Of a stretch of DNA of 42,038 bases, positions 28,765 to 36,341 are shown in pieces (within the stretch, counting starts at the first letter, position 1; every line of letters begins with the position of its first letter). The stretch is from an uncultured Pseudomonadota bacterium (GTDB taxonomy: Bacteria; Oederibacteriota; Muellerivitia; Muellerivitales; Muellerivitaceae): the NCBI GenBank assembly GCA_963843375.1, contig CAWJKT010000016.1:1-42038 (forward strand), in the 5' to 3' direction. Under the pieces are notes generated by a model. It was given only the letters and a program-made list of their open reading frames with translations, made no database searches and was not told the DNA's origin. Both the position numbers and the translations under genes were made by a program.

Positions 28765-29552
28765 ACTTGATCGAGGAATATTTTAAAAGAGATTTGACGG
28801 AAACCGAGGAACAAGAACTCGCGGTTTGGCTGGAATCCCATCCGGAAGATTCGGTTCGTTTCGCCCAGATGATGAAAAGTTTTTATGAACAAACAGGCCT
28901 TCCCGAACCCGCCTGGCCCCATTCCCCTGATCCCACTCAGGTTTCCGCGCCTCTGGTGAAATGGCTGATCCCCCTGGTTTTACTTTTTATGGCTTTCGGT
29001 GTCTACCTTTGTCGGTCCAAAATCACCGCCCTTTTCCAACCTTCCTCCGCACCGGTCATTGAAACGGCCCCGGCCCCATCGATTGAGGTCCCGGTTCAAA
29101 AGCAGAATCCAATTCAAGAGGAAGTGCCTGTTCCCACTTCCATCCCGGAAGAAACTCCGGTAAAAAAGCCTTTACCCGTCCCCACTCCCTTCCCCAACAA
29201 TCCCAAACCGGTAGCGATTCTTCCTCTTTTACCTATTCCTCCCCTCGCTCCCCTTCCAACCGCCCGACCTACGGAACCCGTTTCAACAGGAAGGATATAC
29301 GAACGTCTTTCAGTAATGGTCAACTTGCCCCAAGGCGGGCTAGCCACGGTGCGAGTCGTCGACAGCCAGGACAACGATATCCGGCTTCTTTACGCCGGTA
29401 TATTGCCGGCGGGCCAGCAAACTTTCACCTGGGATGGGAAAACGGCCCAAGGGGCTTTAGCTCCCCCAGGCCACTACTTCGTGGAAATAAAATCCGGAGC
29501 GGATGTTTTGCGCCAGGAAATCCATTTGCAACAGGACTCATCGGCACATTAA
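28761..29552 (+). CDS. Putative transmembrane anti-sigma factor with Pro-rich linker and C-terminal FlgD-Ig-like domain
   Basis: Overlaps the ECF stop. N-terminal helical ASD-like segment (IEEYFKRDLTETEEQELAVWL), one TM, Pro linker, then VRVVD..IRLL..G.QTFTWDGK...G..APPGHYFVEI. Confidence 0.75.
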   Translation: MNLIEEYFKRDLTETEEQELAVWLESHPEDSVRFAQMMKSFYEQTGLPEPAWPHSPDPTQVSAPLVKWLIPLVLLFMAFGVYLCRSKITALFQPSSAPVIETAPAPSIEVPVQKQNPIQEEVPVPTSIPEETPVKKPLPVPTPFPNNPKPVAILPLLPIPPLAPLPTARPTEPVSTGRIYERLSVMVNLPQGGLATVRVVDSQDNDIRLLYAGILPAGQQTFTWDGKTAQGALAPPGHYFVEIKSGADVLRQEIHLQQDSSAH

Positions 29553-29693
29553 TTGGGTAGATGGCAATGATCCCAAGGCCCTTTGTTCATCCCGTTTTTT
29601 CCGGATCAGTAACAGCTGGCATTTTAACGCCCTTTCATCATGGAATAACTTGGCTCCCCGCTTCGGTTCACAGGTTATCAAGCTTTCATCAGG

Positions 29694-31823
29694 CTAACGG
29701 TCGACAAGAACTTTTAGGATTGTGGTTTGATTGACGGGACCGGACACCCTGACCTTTAAATAATAAAGTCCGTTGGCCACTGGCCTTTGCCATTGATCCT
29801 CCAAATTCCAAACCAAGTTGAAATTATTTCCCGGAATTAGATTTGACCCGTTCAAAACCTTCCGAAAGACCGTCGTAAAGACACTCCATTCGATCGTCGA
29901 GCCTGTGGGAGACTGGACCTGAATGGTCACTGGTGCTGGGCCATAAACCGGATTGGGATAAACCGGACCAATCACAACACCTCTTGAATTGGGGGTTAAA
30001 GTAGGTGTGGAAGTAAAGCTCAAAGAGGGGCTTTGTATCGGTGAATTTGTTGCGGTCTCGGTCATTGTAACGGTAGAACTCAGGGTAGGCGAATTGGTCG
30101 GCGTGGAAAAGCCGGTCGGGGTCGATGTTAGTGTCACCGTAGCCGTAGGAGTCGAACTCGGCATTACGGTCGCGGTAGGGGTGGGCGTGAAACTATTTGT
30201 CTGAGTCAAGGTTCCAGTCGCTGTAAGTGTTGCGGTACCAGTCATGGTTGATGTCGGGGTGTTGGTTGCGGTTTTGCTAGCTGTCGGGGTTTGGGTTAAA
30301 GAAGCGGTAGAGGTAGCTGTCCTGGACGGGCTGTCCGTAGGGGTGAAGGTGACCGTTGGAGTTCCGGTAAACGTAGGGGTACCCGTCGCGGTATAAGTCG
30401 GAGTATTGGTTGAACTTCCGGGTTGGGGAATAATCTGAATCGCGTTAATTTGGGCGTTGTTTTCACTGCCGTTAGTGAAAACCAGGACGATCTGGCCGTT
30501 GGCGTTGGGCGCAATACTATTGTAAACCTCGTTGACCGCGATAAATTCCCCGCCTGCGTTAGCAAAAATATCGAAATTTGTGGCTTCGGTGGTCCCGTTT
30601 ATGGAATAGTTGAATTCCCTGTCGCCGGATGCCGTAAAGTAATCCTCCGCGAATTTCAGGGTCACCTGGTAATTGGAACCGGTCGGCACGCTGAAAGCAT
30701 ATGTCACTCCCGATCCAGTAGCAGTGTTCAGGTAACGGTTGTACTGGTAAAGCTGCGAGTCCGAGGTGTTGGAAACGGTAGTGGCGGCGTAGGCCGGCAG
30801 GCCGTTCTCAAAGCCGAAATTCGTGTCCGCCAGCCAAGTAATGCCACTACTCGGGCTCACGTAATTGCTGCTATCCCCGCAGGCCACGTACCATGAGCTT
30901 TGAACCACCGGAGTGGGTGTGGGTGATCCCTGCTGGTAAACCCTGACATAGTCCACCAGCATCGTCACCGGAAAAACGGTGGTTGCGTTCGGCGCTCCCG
31001 TGCCGGCATCACCCCCGATGGCCATATTCAAAATAATATATTCCGGCTGGATGTAGGGCCATCCTCCCGATTCGTTGTCCGTTTCATACAATTGCCCGTC
31101 CACAAAAAACTGGACCATGCTCGCGGGGCTCGAGGTGCTCAACGCCGCAAAGGTATGGTAATCCGTGTTATAGCCAATCGTGCCGGGTCCCACCAAGTTG
31201 TATTGGCTTGTTTCACTCACCTCCCCCGCTGTACCGAAATGCAGGGAACCCATGTTGATGTTCAGTTGGGACGGCGTGGCCCCAGCCCCGAAGTTTTCCA
31301 TGATGTCGGTTTCGCCACAGGCGGGCCATCCCACTGTTGAATAATTGGACCCCAAAGTCCAAAAAGCCGGCCAGGTTCCCACTTCATATGGCATGTGGAC
31401 ACGGGCGACATAATAGGTATTAGCCTGGTTGGCTCCATATTGCTGCAAGCCGGAGGTATCGATACGAGCTGAATGGTAGTCCCCCGCCATGCCGTTATTT
31501 CCACCCGGATCGGTGGCGATAATCGCCAAAGAGGACCCGTCCACCGCGTTGGGATCGGACACAATCTGGCAATTGGTCACTCCATAAGAGGCGCTGTAAT
31601 ACTCCAGTTCGGCGTTCCCTTCCCCGCTGCTGTTGGTTTCGATATTCCAATTGGCCGGGTTTGGAAGGTTTCCCGCCGTCCCATTAAACTCGTCGCTCCA
31701 GGCAAGACCATAACCTGGCGGAACGCCGTCCCAACTGCCCGCCCAAATTTCGCCTTTGAAAGTGAGGAAAAGCAGAAAGGAAAAACCTAATATTTTTGTT
31801 TTTTTGGAGAGGAACAATTTCAC
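29694..31823 (-). CDS. Secreted GH16 (laminarinase-like) glycoside hydrolase with malectin domain, Thr/Pro stalk and T9SS-like C-terminal domain
   Basis: WSDEFNG, GTWPAFWTLG, WPACGETDIME (ExDxxE), malectin YQVTLKFAEDYF..GDREFN..FDI, C-terminal YPNP..GLYYLKV..KVLVDR. GAGGT RBS before GTG 31823. Confidence 0.9.
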   Translation of the reverse strand: MKLFLSKKTKILGFSFLLFLTFKGEIWAGSWDGVPPGYGLAWSDEFNGTAGNLPNPANWNIETNSSGEGNAELEYYSASYGVTNCQIVSDPNAVDGSSLAIIATDPGGNNGMAGDYHSARIDTSGLQQYGANQANTYYVARVHMPYEVGTWPAFWTLGSNYSTVGWPACGETDIMENFGAGATPSQLNINMGSLHFGTAGEVSETSQYNLVGPGTIGYNTDYHTFAALSTSSPASMVQFFVDGQLYETDNESGGWPYIQPEYIILNMAIGGDAGTGAPNATTVFPVTMLVDYVRVYQQGSPTPTPVVQSSWYVACGDSSNYVSPSSGITWLADTNFGFENGLPAYAATTVSNTSDSQLYQYNRYLNTATGSGVTYAFSVPTGSNYQVTLKFAEDYFTASGDREFNYSINGTTEATNFDIFANAGGEFIAVNEVYNSIAPNANGQIVLVFTNGSENNAQINAIQIIPQPGSSTNTPTYTATGTPTFTGTPTVTFTPTDSPSRTATSTASLTQTPTASKTATNTPTSTMTGTATLTATGTLTQTNSFTPTPTATVMPSSTPTATVTLTSTPTGFSTPTNSPTLSSTVTMTETATNSPIQSPSLSFTSTPTLTPNSRGVVIGPVYPNPVYGPAPVTIQVQSPTGSTIEWSVFTTVFRKVLNGSNLIPGNNFNLVWNLEDQWQRPVANGLYYLKVRVSGPVNQTTILKVLVDR
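29990..30420 (-). repeat. Thr/Pro/Ser low-complexity coding stalk
   Basis: TPT/TAT repeats between the malectin domain and the C-terminal domain. Confidence 0.85.
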
Positions 31824-31992
31824 TGGTAACCTCGACAAAGGATTTTATCAAATTCTTCGCCGGAGGAGCTCAGTGGAATTCATCGGGCGCCCAAAAGAGG
31901 GGACGCAGGAGCCGAGGTCTAAGAATAGAGGAATAACCCAAAGGAAAAGGTTCCGCCTTAAATTTCCAAGACGGGCATTTTAATTTAAAAGT

Positions 31993-32262
31993 TTATTCTT
32001 CCCCAAATTTGTTTAAAAACAAGTCACGGATAGATGCGCAAGCGTCCCGGGCGTCCTCGCCTTCAAATATGAAAGTAAGCTCCGATCCGTAGCCCGCCGC
32101 CAATGTCAACAAATTGATCAGGCTTTTGGCGTCCGCGTTTCGATGCTTATTTTTCACTAAGATCCGGCACTTGAATTGGGAGAGGGCCCTTACCAACAAG
32201 GCCGCAGACCGGATGTGAACCCCTAAACGATTTATGATTTTCACTTTTTCGGTGATTACCAT
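31993..32262 (-). CDS. ptsH: HPr-family phosphocarrier protein
   Basis: INRLGVHIRSAA (His15/Arg17 equivalents), ADAKSL (Ser46 equivalent), C-terminal FGEE. GGAGG RBS before ATG 32262. Confidence 0.88.
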   Translation of the reverse strand: MVITEKVKIINRLGVHIRSAALLVRALSQFKCRILVKNKHRNADAKSLINLLTLAAGYGSELTFIFEGEDARDACASIRDLFLNKFGEE

Positions 32263-32286
32263 GCTCTCCTCCGTTTCCAAAAATCA

Positions 32287-32673
32287 TCATGAAACAACTT
32301 GATCCTTAAGGCTTATCGTTTTGTCCAAGTAGTTCTTTAAAGTCTCCAAATCTTCAGGCCTTATCATGACAAAACGGAGGCCCGCACCCGTCACATTGGC
32401 CCACACCACTTCGGCATAAACAACCAATGGTTTAACTTTAGGTGGAAGGAAAATATTAAAACGCAAAAGACTGTTCAATGTTAATTGTTGGTCCACCGCC
32501 ACATACATTCCGCCCAGGCTCAAATCCATGATTTCCGCTGGTTTAGCTGTTTTTCGCCATTCCTCAATGCTTTGGAGTTCCCGCTCGTCTTCCGTTAATC
32601 GGAATTGAACCGGTAGTTTCACCGAAATCCGAGGATGAACCCGTTTTTCCATGAACATTTTAGCGTCAATCAT
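32287..32673 (-). CDS. Single-domain PilZ protein (c-di-GMP effector)
   Basis: RVHPR (RxxxR), DLSLGG (DxSxxG), AEVVW..GLRF. Confidence 0.9.
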   Translation of the reverse strand: MIDAKMFMEKRVHPRISVKLPVQFRLTEDERELQSIEEWRKTAKPAEIMDLSLGGMYVAVDQQLTLNSLLRFNIFLPPKVKPLVVYAEVVWANVTGAGLRFVMIRPEDLETLKNYLDKTISLKDQVVS

Positions 32674-32762
32674 TTGACCCTTCTCCCTTTTCCCGCGCGT
32701 GGGATGATTTTAAAAACCCTTGTTTTTCAATCCCCCAAAACAGTTGAAAAAAATCTGGCATT

Positions 32763-33113
32763 TCAAAACTTCTCAGCGGCTTCCCGTTCGTTCTTAAGTA
32801 TTTGGAACAAACCGGGAAGGTCTAAAAGATCAAGCACGTTGTAGATATCCTGGTTCACTCCCGTGAGTTTGATGTCGCCCTTGTTTTTTCGAACGTCCTT
32901 GATGAAACCGACCAGCACGCCTATTCCGGCGCTGGAAATGTAGGTAAGTTTTTCAAAATTGATAATGATTTTATATTGTTTTTTTCTAAAGAATTCCTGA
33001 AGCATGTCGTCAAATGCCCCGACCGTGTTGATATCCAAAACACCCTCAACGTCCATCACGGATACCGCCGTATTGGACATGGCTGACCGCGAAGCCAGAA
33101 CACAACTATTCAT
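32763..33113 (-). CDS. STAS-domain anti-sigma-factor antagonist
   Basis: EGVLDINT, IINFEKLTYISSAGIGVL with the conserved phosphorylatable Ser. Confidence 0.9.
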   Translation of the reverse strand: MNSCVLASRSAMSNTAVSVMDVEGVLDINTVGAFDDMLQEFFRKKQYKIIINFEKLTYISSAGIGVLVGFIKDVRKNKGDIKLTGVNQDIYNVLDLLDLPGLFQILKNEREAAEKF

Positions 33114-33622
33114 GAAAGACCCCCCATTCGCCTGAAGTTGGAACATTTGAATTTTTAACGTTTAACCTCGTATGAACAAAAAAGTCCTGTCAAGGATTTC
33201 TGATTCACATTTCGAAAATTACAAATTAACTATGTATTATTTTTTGGAGAGGCATTTTCACGAAGGCATTCGTGGGAAGGGAAAATACTTCACTAATATT
33301 AACCGGCACTTCCCGTCTTTTGCAATTGAATCGTAGTTTTTTTGTTCATGGACTACAAGAAAAATCTCGGTAAATACTTAAACCCTATTTCAATCTTGAA
33401 AAAGCCCTTTCATCCCTCGTCCTTGCTGACGAATCATCCAAGTCTCATCAAATTGTGGGATTTTTAAAGGATTTCGAGTGGCCCAAAGGGAGATTCCATC
33501 CGCCAGTCTTGCCTTCAGCGGGGGAAAGAAGCAACATAAACTGCAACTGATAAGCCCGCTTTCCCTAAAACCTTTCTTAAAGAAGCCGGCTGAACGGTTG
33601 TTCCAATTTTAAAGGGAGCCTG

Positions 33623-34414
33623 ATGAAACGCCTGATATCTCTTCTTTTGGCTGCCATTTTTGTCATTTCCTGTAGTAATAATAATAGTGCTAACTCCACT
33701 ACCCCAACTTTACCCGGCGGCGGAAACGGCAGCGAAGGCCCAGGAGGGAACGGGGGTGGAGTGACTTTCTTAACCTCGCCTATGCTGGAGGCTGCCATTG
33801 TGGATAACACTCTTGCAGTTTCCACTACTCCTACCATCGAAGCAGATGTAAACATTGCCGCATCCTCAGGCCCCGTGACCAATGCGGCAATCACCTTGTC
33901 CGGTCCAGTCGTCGGCAGCCTCGCGGTGACTTTTTTGGGATCCACTTCCCTTCCCGTTAACTTTAATGGCGGCGTCAGCCTCGTCCCTTTTGGCAGTTAC
34001 ACCGCCACCGGATGGACTTATGCGGTGGGCGAACCTTATACGGTGACCGCTTCCTTCGGCGGAGCCACCTATACCGCTTCTATTACCGCCGTAGGGAACG
34101 TCACCGTTCAAACTGGCGGCGTGGGGACGGCCGTGACTTGCTCCTGGACCAACGCCGTTGCCACCTCCTCCGCGAATCCGCTGAATATCAGCCAATTTAT
34201 CGCAACGAACTCATCAAACGCCACCCTCTATTCCGATCCCGCCACCTTAGCGGCTCCCTACCTTACTTCTCCAGTAACCATTTCAGCTTTTTCCCTAACT
34301 GGGTCCGTGGTGGATGTTTCCCTGACCACCGGAACCATCCTTACTTCCGCTTTCCCGGGAAGCTTTTCGCAATCTTATATTTTATCCAGCTCACAGGTTC
34401 AAACCTTATACTGA
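33623..34414 (+). CDS. Hypothetical Ser/Thr-rich beta-rich lipoprotein
   Basis: GGGAG RBS, MKRLISLLLAAIFVISC lipoprotein signal, Gly/Asn tether. Confidence 0.75.
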   Translation: MKRLISLLLAAIFVISCSNNNSANSTTPTLPGGGNGSEGPGGNGGGVTFLTSPMLEAAIVDNTLAVSTTPTIEADVNIAASSGPVTNAAITLSGPVVGSLAVTFLGSTSLPVNFNGGVSLVPFGSYTATGWTYAVGEPYTVTASFGGATYTASITAVGNVTVQTGGVGTAVTCSWTNAVATSSANPLNISQFIATNSSNATLYSDPATLAAPYLTSPVTISAFSLTGSVVDVSLTTGTILTSAFPGSFSQSYILSSSQVQTLY

Positions 34415-34461
34415 TTTCTAGCCTCGTTCCATAAAGTCGACGATAAAGCGCCAAGGTAAAT

Positions 34462-35598
34462 ATGACTCCCAAAAAAGATTATTACGAACTATTAGGCATC
34501 TCGCGCGCCGCTAGTGCGGATGAAATCAAGAATGCTTTCCGAAGCCTGGCGAAAAAGTACCATCCGGACGTCAACCCCAACAACAAAGGGGCCGAGGAAA
34601 AATTCAAGGAAATCAACGAGGCCTATGGGGTCCTATCCGATCCCAAAACGAAATCCGAATACGACCAATTCGGGCACGCGGGAGTGGGAGCCGGAGGTTT
34701 TCGTCCCCCGGGTGCCGAAAATGTTACCGATGATGAGGGTGATATCAACGATGTTTTCAGTCAATTCTTTGGGAACAGAGCAAGAGGCCGTTCAACACCC
34801 CCTCGAAGACAAGCTGAAACGGGCAACGACCTCCGTTTTGACTTGGAGGTCACGTTTGAAGACGCCGCTTTTGGGACAACCCGTGAAATCCGGTTTCGCA
34901 AGCTTTCGATCTGCGAGATTTGCCATGGCTCCGGGGCGGTGGCCGGTTCAGGGCAAGTGGTTTGCCCGACTTGCCATGGGTCAGGTCAGATTCAAGAATC
35001 CCAGGGCTTTTTCATCACCACCCGGACTTGCAGCCGTTGCAACGGTCATGGGCAGATACCCGGTTCCCCCTGCCCAACTTGTACCGGAAATGGCCGCCTT
35101 GAGAAAGACTGTTTTCTTTCAGTGAAAGTACCTGCAGGGGCGGATGAGGGCTCTCGCCTCCGGTTTCGCGGCGAGGGAGAAGCGGGACTCAATGGCGGAC
35201 CCGCGGGGGATCTTTTCGTATATCTGCATGTCAAAAAACATGAATTCTTTACACGGGAAGGAAAAGACCTTCATTGTGAGATTCCCGTTAACCTTGTCCA
35301 GGCCGCTTTAGGCGCCGAAATCGAAGTCCCTACCTTGGAAGGACCCGTTAAAATGAAGATACCCTCCGGCACCCAGACCGGCCTAATTTTCCGTTTAAAG
35401 GATAAGGGTATTCGGCCCCCCAACGAAAATGCGCCGGGCCATTTATTTGTGAAGGTCTCGGTGGTGGTTCCAACAAACCTTACCCATGAACAAAGGATAA
35501 AGCTCGAGGAACTAAAAGACCTTTTGACAGAAAACAATTCACCACCCATCACCGATTTCATGAATAAAATGAAAAGATATTCTTACCGAAAATATTAG
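34462..35598 (+). CDS. dnaJ: Molecular chaperone DnaJ (class A)
   Basis: J-domain with HPD, G/F region, four CxxCxGxG repeats, C-terminal domains. Confidence 0.95.
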   Translation: MTPKKDYYELLGISRAASADEIKNAFRSLAKKYHPDVNPNNKGAEEKFKEINEAYGVLSDPKTKSEYDQFGHAGVGAGGFRPPGAENVTDDEGDINDVFSQFFGNRARGRSTPPRRQAETGNDLRFDLEVTFEDAAFGTTREIRFRKLSICEICHGSGAVAGSGQVVCPTCHGSGQIQESQGFFITTRTCSRCNGHGQIPGSPCPTCTGNGRLEKDCFLSVKVPAGADEGSRLRFRGEGEAGLNGGPAGDLFVYLHVKKHEFFTREGKDLHCEIPVNLVQAALGAEIEVPTLEGPVKMKIPSGTQTGLIFRLKDKGIRPPNENAPGHLFVKVSVVVPTNLTHEQRIKLEELKDLLTENNSPPITDFMNKMKRYSYRKY

Positions 35599-35819
35599 AT
35601 TGCCCTCTTTTTGGCCAATTTTAAAAAGTCAATCGCGACCCATAAAAAGACCCGTCTTTAGTTTTATAAACTCCAGCGTTAAAACAGTTTGAATTGTGAC
35701 CGTTTTAACCTTACCGATACGAACAATTTACCGAAACGTTTCTTGGGAGAAAAGCCTATGTGAGTACCGTCAGTTTTAATAGTCTTCCTTTTCAATCAAC
35801 CTTTTTAAAAGGAACTACC

Positions 35820-36341
35820 ATGACCCCTCATGATCGGTCTTCCATTGAAACCCTTTCCGCTAAAAACGATTCCTCCTTTCCGTCTCGCATTGACCTTTTC
35901 AACGCCTTGGAGAACATCCTTTGGTTCTGGCCCGACCTTTTCATCCAGAGCGCGGAATTCGGCGAAAACCTTTCAGAACATCTTTCCCTCGCCCGTTCCG
36001 TCCGGCTGACGGGAACCCATGAGGGTTTTGTGGTTCTGCGAACGACACCGGGCTTGGGGGCAATGATGGCGGAAAAACTTTTGGGACCCGGGGAAACAGA
36101 TTCTCGCTCTGCGGACGCTTTTGCAGAATTCGTGAATATGTTTTGCGGTTATCTCATGGCCAGAATCCGCGAAAAAGGCAAGGCCTCCTTCCGACATTTT
36201 CTGCCTGTGAATACCGCCAAAAAAGATTGGCCCACCATGGAACCTAACGCCACCCTGGTGGTAGGCGTCCAAGACCACCTCTTGGAAATAAGTCTTTGGA
36301 CCAGTCCTTCCACCGTCGAAGAGCCAAGCGAAAAACCATGA
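35820..36341 (+). CDS. cheX: CheX-like chemotaxis phosphatase
   Basis: DAFAEFVNMFCG (ExxN) motif and LTG..EGFVVL strand. AAGGA RBS. Overlaps cheA by ATGA. Confidence 0.7.
   Translation: MTPHDRSSIETLSAKNDSSFPSRIDLFNALENILWFWPDLFIQSAEFGENLSEHLSLARSVRLTGTHEGFVVLRTTPGLGAMMAEKLLGPGETDSRSADAFAEFVNMFCGYLMARIREKGKASFRHFLPVNTAKKDWPTMEPNATLVVGVQDHLLEISLWTSPSTVEEPSEKP

Noticed and set aside
31930..31958. Isolated GGAATAA near the GH16 promoter region
   Set aside because: Wrong strand for the GH16 gene and no CACTATA at N15, so it is not a fifth motif copy.
31885..31980. GGGACGCAGGAGCCGAGGTCTAAG resembles the c-di-GMP-I (GEMM) riboswitch core
   Set aside because: It is on the strand opposite the GH16 gene, has no downstream plus-strand gene, and lacks the GCAAA..GNRA hairpin. 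An Rfam scan would settle it.
33457..33836. tmRNA-like look: GGGA..GGATTTCGA start, possible pseudoknot, ATAAACT-GCA resume-like context
   Set aside because: No proper T-arm, no G3-U acceptor stem, the tag would not end in AA, and the 3' half lies inside a convincing lipoprotein ORF.
35600..35820. Sigma-28 promoter for the che operon (ACCGATAC, ACCGAAAC)
   Set aside because: No TAAA element at the expected 15-nt spacing.
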